64,000 nucleotides of DNA, taken from NCBI GenBank assembly GCA_013265495.1, contig MU057944.1, forward strand, positions 186,001 to 250,000, in the 5' to 3' direction. The notes below the pieces were generated by a model. The model did not search any database. It saw only the letters and a program-made list of their open reading frames with translations, and was not told the DNA's origin. This document shows, in pieces, positions 1-10,599 of this stretch (positions are counted from its first letter, which is position 1; every line of letters begins with the position of its first letter). Position numbers and translations under genes: made by a program. Source of the DNA: Vicugna vicugna. Its lineage: Eukaryota.

Positions 1-1901
1 CTGTTCGATCAGCTGCATCTGTGCGGGTGAGCAGCTTCCCTCGGGGGCTAGGGGAAGGTGGTTAACTTAGGGAACTGAGGGCCAGGGAGACAGACTGACT
101 CCTGTGTCCAGAACGGGCTCCCTCCTGAGCTGGAACGCCTTTGGGGGCGGGGAACATCCTTCCTCTCCAGCTGTCCCTACAGGTTTTTAACTGGTTCATT
201 TTAAGCCTTCACTCACTTTTATATTGAGCCCCAAATCGATCTCATTGTAGCATCCACCCTTGGCCCGTGTCCTACCATTTTAGAATCCTATGCACAAAAT
301 CTGTTTCCTCGACACAATAGCCCCTGTGACATGAGAAGACAGCCGCTGTGGCACACAGACCAGTAAGCCAGCTTCCTTTTCCTAAGCGTCTTTTTTCCCA
401 GCCAGGGCAGAGCGGACTGTGCTGGGGGTTTGCAGGACGAGATGTCTTGCCTTGATCTGCTCAGCTGACCAAACTTGGACTCTCATCCCCCGACCAGGAG
501 GCTTCTGTGAGGCCCGAGAGAGCGGCTGGAGGGCACGTCTTCCCCCGCGCATCCCAGGGAAGAATGCTCCCCAGCCGGAGCTGTGCGTTCCTGGCTCTCC
601 TGATGTTTGTTTAAGAGGACTCAGCGGGAGTCTGAGGACATCAGGCGGGTCCCCCTGGCAGCCGGCAAGGAGAGAGGAAACTGGAAACGCCATGGAATGC
701 TTTTAGGGCAGGTGGGGCTGGCACAGTAGCCTGGGCCAGGCCAGGGCGGTGGAATCAGAACTCGATTCTCCTTCTCTGAAGCCCACCCTGCACCACCCAC
801 CCACCGCTGACAGCTCTTAGGTCAGGAGGAACCCCAGGACCGTCCAGTGACCAGTTCACATATTCCTTTCGGGATCTGTAAGCAGCATCCACGGCCAGAT
901 AAACAGCACTCAACCTCCTGGCAGGAGGGTCCTGTGAATATTTGCATACAGCAGGGAGATTACAGAAAGGAGGGTGGAGAGAAAAACAGTACATTGAATG
1001 TTGACCAGTTGAAAAAGGAGATTGAATTTCTCTGCCTGGGAATGTATAAATTGAGCCAGCCGGTCTGTTTTTTCCTCTCTACTTCCCCCAAATTAACTTT
1101 TTGCAGGTGTGCATGCAGAGCAAATGCTAATTTGGAAAGGAATTTATAGCTTTGTCCAGAGATCTAGGAGCAGGAACAGTTTCCTGGGCGGTGGGGTTAG
1201 CCTGGGCTAATTTTCATGATGACTGAAAGGATCTTAGCTGACAGCTCTTGGGCCCTGCCCATGGGCTTTGCTGAAAATCCGTGCTGTCTGCTCCCCTGGA
1301 GAAGGACCGGAGGGGCTGCGTCCCCTCATCCTCTCCCTGCTGGATTTGGGCTCCCTTGTCTGGGGCCTCCTGGCTGAAGAATAGCCAGAGCTCGCGTGTG
1401 GGGTTGTTTCAAATTCCTGGAACGTCGGCAGCTCCACGCCATCCACCACCAGAGGAGGAGTGACCTCACTGGCCTGTCTGGCCACCCGCCCACTGCTCCA
1501 GAGGGTCGTGGCAGCAAGTCTGCAGCACACGGGGCTGCTGCTTGTGACGAGTTGAGTTACGATGCTAACACTTGCCCCTGGTTAAGACACTTTAACTTCA
1601 ATTGGCTTATTCTCTGCTGCTTTGCCCAACCATGGGAGCGGTTTTTAAGCATCCACAAAGTATAGTGTGCGTGTTTTGTTTATGTCCCCTACACGGCAGC
1701 CAGCCCTGGTTACACGTATCTAATCTCCTTCCCCCCCGAGTGATCCATACTGTTTCAAATGTGTCAGGAAAAGAGGTTGTAGCTTAAGGCCCGGATGTTC
1801 CAGGTTTGAGGTCTGTGGACTAGAGAAAAGAAAGAGGAAAGCTCTAGACGTTCCACTCAACAGAGCAGGGCAGGAGGCGGCCGGCTTATGAGAATAAAAA
1901 A

Positions 1902-2098
1902 CAGTTGATCCTTGGACAACACGGGTTTGAACTTGCACGTGGATTATGTCGATGATAAATACTGCGGTACTACACCCTCTGCGGAGAGCTGACCCCTCGG
2001 GCGCAGAACCAGGGATACGGAGGGCTGACTGTAAGTTACACACGGAATTTCGACTGGATGGTGGGCCCCTGACCCCTGCGCTATTGAAGGCTCAACTG
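1902..2098 (+). mobile_element. Tigger1-derived non-autonomous MITE (TcMar-Tigger)
   Basis: Terminal inverted repeats CAGTTGATCCTTGGACAAC... / ...TTGAAGGCTCAACTG; internal GGATACGGAGGGCTGACTGTAAGTTACACACGGAATTTCGACTG matches the Tigger1 3' end. Confidence 0.8.
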
Positions 2099-2280
2099 TC
2101 TATAGACCAACGGAAAGCCTTTGACCTGCTCCAAACCATCCACACCCAGTGTCTCTGCTCCCGCTCTGTTCATTCCTTTAAGCCGGACGCTTTGATCCAC
2201 AGCCACGCCCAGAACCTGCTAGTCTTTGGCTGGAGTCGGGTTTTCTCTTGGGGTTGGGGGGAGCGGTGTGGAAGAGAGAG

Positions 2281-2700
2281 GCGTCAGAGAAAAGCATGTT
2301 TGGTCTTGAAAGCACCTCTGGCCAGCAGAGCGCCGTCCTAGGAGAGCTTCGGCCTGATCTGACGTTTCCCTTGCCCCAGGCTTGTGCCCTGGGCTGTCTT
2401 CAGCTCTACGGGCACTTCTTGGGCTGAGCTTTTGGGTCAGGGCTGTGCTGGGTACTGGGGCACGTAATACGTGGTGCTCCAGAAAGACCTGGAAGGACGC
2501 CCTTCTGTACAAGAGATTTCCGTGTCTGGCTTGGCAGGTCGTTTATATTCCTCCAAGGAAAACAGCCGAGGCGCTGATCACCATGGGTGGAAATTCTGCA
2601 TCGCCTCTTTGTCCTCTGACTTGTTGTAAGAGCAGGGTGCTGGGACACGGTCGTGTGTTCCGTTGACCTGAGGTAAGCAGTGCACGCATGCGCCAGTGTG
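2281..2700 (+). promoter_or_regulatory. Candidate alternative promoter
   Basis: Non-repeat sequence with raised CpG; TATA-like TTTATAT 2542-2548; p53/p63-type half site AAGCATGTTT 2292-2301 next to a degenerate half; CRE half sites; NRF1-like ACGCATGCGC 2684-2693 just past the donor. Confidence 0.45.
2570..2672 (+). other. KAZN: Probable alternative non-coding first exon of a short kazrin isoform (5' end uncertain)
   Basis: Near-consensus donor GAG|GTAAGC at 2672|2673, 14.6 kb upstream of the coding exon. In the KAZN frame a TGA (2669-2671) directly precedes the junction, so translation must begin at an ATG in the 17268 exon, as in short kazrin isoforms. From memory, human KAZN has a first exon at a similar distance (not verified). 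Confidence 0.6.
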
Positions 2701-3204
2701 TGTTGGGGGCGGTGGGTGGCAAGCTGTGGGGTTTCTTCAATTTACATTTTTCGAATAGTTTTCTCCTCTGCGCTCCCAAGAGGCAGTCATTCTGCAGAGT
2801 GGAGTAAGCATTTGACCTTTGTGAAGTGTTGGTGGAGTGGGCCGGTCAGACAGGGGAAACGTTTGGTGGTGAGCTGGCGGCAGCTCAAAGCAGGAATTCA
2901 AGTTACATCTCTGCCTCTTTCAGTCTGTAAACTGGGGGAAATAGAGGGGGCTTCTCTGCCCAGACCTCCAGATTAGGGTCTGTGGGCCACTTCCTCAGCA
3001 ACCAGCCCCCAGCTGCTGGGAGCCCCACTCTGGAGAGCTCTCAGCAAGGAATGTTCTACCCAGGGGTTCGGGTCTGGAGCTTCCAGGAGAAGAAGCCCCT
3101 GGGGATCCACGGGCAAGGCTGCAGGGTAGGGGCTGGTCTCAGAACCAGAAGGCAGTGGCTCCCGGGAGGGGGAAGGGAGAACTGGCTCCAGACAGCACTT
3201 GGCC

Positions 3205-3228
3205 AAGCACTGCTCTTTCACGTGTATC

Positions 3229-3269
<41 letters not shown>

Positions 3270-3435
3270 TAGTCACCCATTTTATCCTCACAACAACCCT
3301 GTAAGGTGAATACTGTTATTGCCCCATTTTACAGATCAGGGAACTGAGGCACAGAGAGGTTAGTCAGTGGCCAGCACTCAAACCCAGACCAACTGGTCCC
3401 CGAGGTGCTTCGGACCACTTAGACCACACTGCCTC
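3205..3435 (-). mobile_element. MIR SINE interrupted by a (TG)n microsatellite
   Basis: atcctcacaacaaccctgtaaggt...ccccattttacagatcagggaactgaggcacagagagg MIR core. Confidence 0.85.
3232..3270. repeat. (TG)n microsatellite, about 15 perfect units then one interruption
   Basis: Directly visible. Confidence 0.98.
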
Positions 3436-4440
3436 TCAGTCCAGGTGCTCAGCAAGCCTTTGTCAAAACTGGGAATTGGAGATGCAGCTTCTGTTCTGAT
3501 AGTGTTTTCCTGTGCCAGGAGTTCTGTCCACAGACGCTGTAACTCAGGGACTTGAGTTTGCCCTCCTCATCCCGCTGCTCTCTCCTGCCCCCAGCTGAAA
3601 AACTAAACACACAAACCATCTTCTGTCTCGGTCGTACATTTGGCTGATAGACCTCACTGCTGAAAATCCCCAAGTGAAAGAAGATTGTTTTTCTCACTGG
3701 TTTTGTACATTTTAGGTCCTGAAGGTTGTAGCCTGATGGAAAGACAGTCAGCTGTGGGGCCACCACTGATGCCCTACTTTGAAGTCTCAGAACCCGTGAC
3801 TGCAGAGGCGTCGGGATCGGGGACGGACCGCTGTAGAACTGTGGTGCCCTAGGCCCTTTGAACAGACAGGGACCCAAGAGGACAGGAACGGACCAACCAG
3901 CCCAGACAGGCAGGGTTGACCCCAGGAGCCTGCACAGGTGGGGTGGAAGGGGTCGAGGGAAGGCCTAGGGTTGGGGGGCCCAGGCCTTGTGCACCTCAGA
4001 ATCCCTGGGTGAGCTGGCTGAGTGGAGGAGCTGTTACTCCTTGGGCCTTGGGGGACTGCCCCTTAATGAGGACGATAAAGCCCACCATTGTCATCTTCCC
4101 AGGGGGGTGGGTGATAAACACGAGGTGGGAGCGCATTGAAGAGTGAAAAGCACTGCGTTCAGCTTAGCAGTATCTGCCAGCAGCGCAGGCAGCCGTCTGC
4201 GTATGAAGATGCCATCATCGCCTCCCAGACAGGGCGGGAGGCCCCCGGCCGGCCTTGCTAGCTGGTGTGCACCCCGTGCTTCCGTCTGAGCTGTGATTGT
4301 TAGGATTTGGGGTTGGGGGCCCCGTGGCACGTGGAAGAAGAGCACCCTGGGAAGAAGCGTTGCAGGGGAGCCAGGTGGCCCTGGTGACCGTGGCCCATGC
4401 CTTCCTCAGCACTGCACTTGGCAGGCCCCGGGTCTCTGTG

Positions 4441-4980
4441 CTTGAGTCTCGTCACCTGTAACGCGGGCAGTGTGTACCCCCTCCGAGGTTGCTGGGGGGC
4501 TGCTCGGGACGGGAGCCCGGCACATCGAGCTTGCCCTGCTCCTGGGGTGCCGAGCGCGCTCCTGGCCTTCCAGCTGCGGGTGGTTGAAGTAGTCACGCCG
4601 GAGGCCGAGGAGGGTTTCCTGCGACCCAGCCTGCATGGCCCAGCCCTGCTCTTTCTCAGCCCGAGGTAATTTTTCAATTAACTCTATTGGCTGGAAACCG
4701 GGGCGCCCTTGGAGTGTGGGAACACGTCCCAGGCCGGAAGGGCCCTCCCCACTGCCCCCGCTGGCTTGGGGCTTGGCTTCCAGAGGGAGGATCCAATTTC
4801 ACATCAGGACACCAGGACGTGATCCCAGTGCCCCTCTGAAAAATCCCAGATGGCGCCTTCTGGAAGCCCCAGTGGGCTCCGCGCTGGCGGCCGGCCTGTC
4901 CTGCTCCCCCGCCCCCCGCTGGCTCCCTGACCCCGCGCTCCAGCAGCGAGAGCCTCCGATGGTTTTCGGTACTGACTTTA
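4441..4980. promoter_or_regulatory. Borderline CpG island / GC-rich regulatory region
   Basis: About 35 CpG in 540 bp by hand count at about 66% GC (o/e about 0.6); CTCF-core match CCAGATGGCGC 4846-4856. Confidence 0.4.
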
Positions 4981-5299
4981 TTGCTAAACAATTTAGAAAG
5001 GCGGGTCCTGCCAGTTTTCATAAGTGAAACATTTAAAGTATGCAGAGCATATTTTAGTTCTTCCTGGAGCAGCTGCTCAGTTGGGCTGGAGAATAGTCAG
5101 GGGTGAGTTAGATGGATGGTGAGCCCGCGGGGTGGGCCCGGCCCCCAACAGGAGCCCAAGACCCCTCTTCTTCTTCCGCCCCCTCCGTGGGGTCAGGCAT
5201 CCTCTTGATGGCAGTGGAACCAGCTGAGGGCTCGCCTGGTGCCGGTCCCCGCTTGCAGCTTTTTATCTGTTACTCATAAGCCAACAGCTGCCCTGGGAG

Positions 5300-5435
5300 A
5301 TGGGTGCTGTTGTTACCTGCATTCCTCACGTGAGAACACTGCAGAGACCTGCCGGGGTCAAACAGCTACTAAAGAACAGAGCCAGGATCTGATCCAGGCA
5401 GCAGGTTCCAAAACCGCCGCTCTCCACTGTCACTG
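5300..5435 (-). mobile_element. MIR fragment
   Basis: ggtcaaacagctactaaagaacagagccaggatctgatccaggcag resembles the MIR head in reverse. Confidence 0.6.
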
Positions 5436-7090
5436 TTGTGTCTTATGGGTGAAGGAGCTGAGGGACAGAGCGGTCAAGCCATAGCAGAGAAACCCCATTC
5501 TTAGTTCACCTTCTGGAGCCACATTTGAGACAGCGAGCTCTCCAGGTTTGCAGTTTGTCTGGGCCGTGGCCCTGACTTGGTTTAAATTCTTCTGAAAGCC
5601 TGGATCTGTTGGAGATACAGATCTGAAGATGCGGGAATTTCAGACTCGTGGGCTGGCGATGGTTAGGAGAGCCCCGGCTGGGCCCTAGTCCCTGGTCGCC
5701 CACTTTTCTCTGCATAATTGTTTACATCTGCGGGGGCCTGTGGCATGCCTTACACGGTTCGATGCATTTAACCCCTGAGTGGATGGATGTCTAAGAAGGG
5801 CTGAGAAGAATGTTCAGCCAAAGCCTGTTTCCAGTTTGTGTCCAGGTCAGCTAGCCAATGGCCTGGCAGTCAAGGCTGTTAATTCCAGGCACCTTCCTCT
5901 GGGCCTCAGTTTGGCTGTCTATAAAATGGGGATATAAATGTCTTTTTTCTTGCCCCCAAGCTTCTTGGAACTGTAGCTCTCCCACCGGGAGCCGGACCCA
6001 GGAGAACCCGCTCTCTGACCAGTGGGACAGGCAGCTTCAGTCTGCGCTGTGCCTTCTGGTGATGGGTGGAGAGAGAAACTGAGATGCAGGTGTTTTGCTG
6101 CTGGCTCGGACTCAGGGGTGGGAAAGAAAGCAAAGGCTGGGCTGTCCCCTGCAGGGCAAGGCCTTGGTCAAGCTGGTTCCTCCCGGTCTGCACTGAGCTG
6201 TGTGCTCGCTGCATGGATGGGCCATGTGATGAGTTGGTGGGTGTAACCAAGCCTTCTCCTTTCTTTTCCTCTGTGTGTTTTGGTAATCCCCCCCCTACCC
6301 GAGGATGGAGAGGAGGGAGGAGGGGTGAGAGGAGGGAGCCGCACTGGTGAGGGAGGACAGGGGAACAGGCAGTGCCCCCCGCTGCTTGCTCTACCTCTCC
6401 TGGATTCCTCCCTTTAGGAGCCAGGCCTTGGGGAGGGGCGAGGCTTGTGGCAAGAGCCAAGGCTGGGGGACCCAGCCATTTTCACCAAAGTCTGAAGAAA
6501 GACCCAGTTCCAGCTCTGTGTCCTGCTCTCAGTCCTGGCATTTAGTTTGAGAAATATGCACCACATTATGGTATTTAGGGCTGAGAGCCTAGTCCAGTCA
6601 AGAATATGAGCTTTGCAGTCAGACTCGTGTGTTGACATCCACTGCTCCCACAGGCGTGGCGAGAGAGTTCAGGGGCCGAGGCTCAGTGCCAGGCACATAC
6701 TCAACACCTGGATGGGACCTGGAGCCCTCAGGCCAAGGAAGCCTGCTGGGGCTTAGTGCTTGCAGACCCCTCCAGGTGGGAGAACAGGAGAAAGGCTGAT
6801 TTGGGCAAGAAAGGTCTGGAAATGGCCTTGAGGCAGAACTTGCAAGTTTGTGCCTTGCAGGGTTTCAGGCCAAGGGGACTGGTCACTGCAGTCAAAGAAA
6901 AACTAGGCTTAAAGGACACGGCGGGGGTAGATGCTCACTGGTTTTGTGGAGGTGAATTCCGTTGTCTGTTCTGTTTGTCTGGTTTCTGAAGGAGAGTGAT
7001 AGTTTAGAGTGCTTAGCACGTAGCAGGTGGCCTTTAAGCTGGTGGAGAGGCTGGGCACCCAGAAAATGGCCCTTGACAGAAGCAGTTTAT

Positions 7091-7560
7091 CAGGATTCTT
7101 TTACAGTTGCAAGGGACAGAAAACACAACTCAAACTGGCTTAAGAATGTATTGGCTCATGTAACTGAAAGCCAGGAGTAAATTCTGGCTTCAGGCGTGGT
7201 GTGATCCAGGACGTAGACATTGTCTGAATCCAGTCTTGGTCTTGTTGGCACTCCCTTCTTGGTGGCCAGCACCTCCAGGCTCCATCCTCACACCCATCAT
7301 TAAAGAGAGCAGCTCCTGGTCCAGACACTGACTCTGACTGGACTGACTTGGGTCATGTGCTTCCCCCTGCTCAACCAATCACAGTGGCCAGGGCAACTCA
7401 GCCCTCTGATTGGCTACAAAGAGTCCTATTTCTGCCTGAATTACAGGCCCTGGGAATGGGTGGCTCCCCAAAGGGAAATGGATGTGCTCAGTCGAAAAGA
7501 CTGGAGGCGTAAATATTGGCTGAACCGAAGAGTCTGCTGCCCAGTCCAGGGGAGATAATG
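7091..7560 (-). mobile_element. MLT1 (ERVL-MaLR) solo LTR, MLT1J/K-like
   Basis: caggattctttt..gttgcaagggacagaaaacacaactcaaactggcttaag and gggtcatgtgc..ctcaaccaatcacagtggccaggg signatures. Confidence 0.7.
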
Positions 7561-9174
7561 CCCAGGGGAGGCCAGAGCACCCGGCTTTGGGACTGACCAG
7601 TCACGCCTGCTGCAGCCCGTCAGGGACTCGCCACCTAGGTGACAGGAGATGCTGTATGGGGGGTTCCCATTCCTTCTGGAGCTAAAATCACCTGCTGAGT
7701 GACTGCCGCAGACCCCCGAGGACCATGGGGCTCCTATCGGCTATCAGTGTGTGGCAGCATCAAGCCACTTGCAGAGCAGTGGACACAGGAAGCCAGGGCC
7801 TCGAGTAACAAACAGGCACATTGTGGGAATCAGGCCGGGCCGGCTGCAGGGACCACATTCTCAGCCCAGAACCTCTGATTTGGTTCTGCCCAAGAACAAG
7901 GGAGCTGCGTGCTGGGGGTTTGTGATTCCTTCACCTCCCCGGGGCAGCTCTGCTTTTGAACCTGTGACCGTCACCCTGCCAGGGCTGGTGCTTGGCACAC
8001 GATTGTTGCCAAGTCGGTGCTGGGTGAGGGGTGATGAAAGGAGGCAGACCCCTTCCTTGGAGAGAATTGGATTCGCTGGGGGTGGAGCTGGGTGGGCACT
8101 GCTCTCTGTGGGAAATGTGGGCCCCCCAAGATTGTGGAAGAGGATTAGCTTGGCCGTCAGGGGCCCAGGACGGGTCTGGCTGGAAGGTCTGTTTATGGGC
8201 CAGCAGCTACACTGGAGCAGCTCTGCAGGAGAGTCGGATTAAACAGCACCTAAAAGAAAAAACAACTGCTGTGAAATATGAGCAAAAGACAAAGGCTGCA
8301 CCACCTGGTACCTGCCATGCTCACCCCCACCCACTTGTGGTGAGAATTTCCAGGCCTTGGGATTGATACTGTTGGGGAGTGGCTGGGCCTTATTTTGAGA
8401 ATCTCCTTGGATTTGGGGAGTGCTGTATTGTGTCCCATCAGCCCCAAAGCTTAAAGTGTCAGGATCATATGACAGAGGCCCGGAGAACACGGAAATCTCT
8501 TGCAAAGCATAGTCGCAGCTCTTGTCTGCCTGCTGCCAGCCCTGTTCCTGGCCTAGTCGGTCTGTCTCCACGTGCAGGGCAGCGGCGGGAGGGACGGAGA
8601 GTCTGCTGATGAACGGAGGTGGTCCCAGAGAGCTGTTTTCAACTCCCCACATCAGAACCAAGCAGGAGGGGAGCCTGAGCTGGGCCTCAGGGGACCAACC
8701 AAGCATCAGGAAGTGATGTCAAGGCTCCCCTTCCCTGTCCCAGAGGCCCGTTGTGGCGAGTGGAGGCCTGCCCCTGGGGTTCCCGGCTTCCTCTCTCCGC
8801 AGGTGAACCAGTACATTCAGGACCAGCCTGGCTGAACGTCCCTGTGGAATTCCAGTCATTGACAGAGCTTTGAGGAACCTTCGGGGCTGAGTCTAGAACC
8901 GAGGGCCGCATTGGTGCTGCTGCCCCCGCTGCCCCCGCTGCCCTGTCCGAATTCAGGAAATTTTTCCCCACTTGGATTTTGGGTCAGCTTAGCCAAGAAG
9001 TTCTGCTCCCTTGGGCCTTCAAAGCTGGGGAAAGGTTGCAAACGGTGGTATCTGTCCAGTAGGGTTTGAGGGTTCCCTGACCACCCCAGGCCCTGGGAGG
9101 GGACACGAGGCTTGACTGCCTGGTGGGGGGAGCTTGCAGTGTGGCTGCTGTACCCGCAGGAGAAGGGATCATAC

Positions 9175-9320
9175 AACTCAGTGGTTACCAGGAAAGGCTC
9201 TGCAGCCAGACCGCCTGGGCTTAACCACGTTCTCTCGGTGCTTCAGCTTCTGCTGTAAAATGGGTGCATCTCCTGGGGTTATTTGATGATTGAGAAGGAA
9301 TGGTGTGAAGATTGAGAAAG
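9175..9320 (+). mobile_element. MIR fragment
   Basis: gctctgcagccagaccgcctggg...ctgtaaaatggg core. Confidence 0.6.
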
Positions 9321-9740
9321 GTTCGGGCATGCACAAGGGGCTCAAAAGAGCATTCCTGCTATCACTGTGATGATGAGAAGGAGTGAATTCAGAAACAGAG
9401 GGAACATAGAGAACATGCAGCTGACCTCTTTCTCAGCATGCACAACCCCTACAGAAAGGCAGGAGAACAGAGGAGGTGCCCTTAGACCGCTGGTGATGAC
9501 CCCCATCCCCCACACTCTCCACCTGGGTGGTGGGGTCTGCCAGCGACCCCCTCCGTGACTCTGCCTTTTCAGGGTCCCCCTCCACCACCAGGTCCCAGCC
9601 TCTTCAGACAGGTGACTACATCTGGTCCTCTAACTGTTTAGTCTTGGGGCCTGAGAGCCCATCTCTCATGGTGATTTGATATGAATCATTGTATCTCGGT
9701 CTTAAAATCTTAACCTCCCCAAGAACAATCTGATTCCTAA

Positions 9741-9866
9741 TTTTTTTTTTAATTTTTGAGGGAAAGCGGTAGTTAGGTTTATTTATTTTAATAGCGGTAT
9801 TGAGGATTGGACCTGGGACCTCATGCATGCTAAGCACGTGCTCTACCACTGAGCTATACCCTCCCC
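9741..9866 (-). mobile_element. Young tRNA-Ala-derived SINE of the camelid vic-1 type, with target-site duplication
   Basis: Minus strand reads GGGGAGGGTATAGCTCAGTGGTAGAGCACGTGCTTAGCATGCATGAGGTCCCAGGTCCAATCC...TTAAAATAAATAAACCTAACTACC...poly(A). A box intact, B box mutated (GGTCCAATCC). TSD aatctgattcctaattttt (9727-9745) / attcagattccgaattttt (9867-9885), 16/19 identical. Confidence 0.85.
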
Positions 9867-10244
9867 ATTCAGATTCCGAATTTTTAGAACCAGCATCGTC
9901 CTAATGTTCTGAGACTACGACCTGGACCAGATTTGGCGGTAACAACAATAGTGGCAGTCCCGGCCGCAGCAGAGCTCTGGAGCCCTCACGGCCTGCCTGC
10001 TGCTGGGCCAGTCCACGGCAGGGCGGCCTCACCACCCCCGTACTGACCGGGTTGGAAGGGAGGTCTGTGTCGGGAACGGAGGTTGTCCACAGAGCCCAGG
10101 GTTGGACCCAGGCTCCTCTTCCACTGAGGCCTGTTGAAGGGCTGGGGCCCCACTGGGCTCTATACCTGAGGTTTGGGGGGAGGGTCTATAAAAGTGAGTT
10201 TTTAATGAAAAATCTGAACTATGTTATTGCTGTGTTTAGATTTT

Positions 10245-10440
10245 TTTTCTTCCCCCTTGAGGTGTAATTTACATACAGCGAAATGCACAGAGCTTAAGGG
10301 TGTGGTTTGAGTCTGGTGAGTTTTGACAGATGTGTGCAGGGCTGTGTCCACCCATGACAGGCAGCTGGGGACGGCTACTGCAGCCTGGCCTCCACCCGGA
10401 GCCCCCAGGCTCTTCCTCCTGCCCTCACTCCAGATGGGGT
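10245..10440 (-). mobile_element. Old L1M (L1MB/MC/ME-type) 3' end fragment
   Basis: ttgaggtgtaatttacatacagcgaaatgcacagagcttaag...gagttttgacagatgtg L1M 3' terminus pattern. Confidence 0.75.
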
Positions 10441-10599
10441 GACTCAGCCCTCTCTGCCATGTAATCCACCACTCCCGGGCTGGGAGGCCCATGGGTCAGG
10501 GCTCTGTGGTCATTGAGGCCAAGGCCTTTCCTCGGAACATGGGGGAGGTCTGCCCTGTCCTATATTAATGATCTTGATGGACTACATGTTACCCCCATT

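Noticed and set aside
9790-9866. tRNA-Ala gene on the minus strand
   Set aside because: B box is mutated, there is no proper acceptor-stem 3' end, and it continues into an AT-rich tail and poly(A) flanked by a TSD: a SINE, not a tRNA gene.
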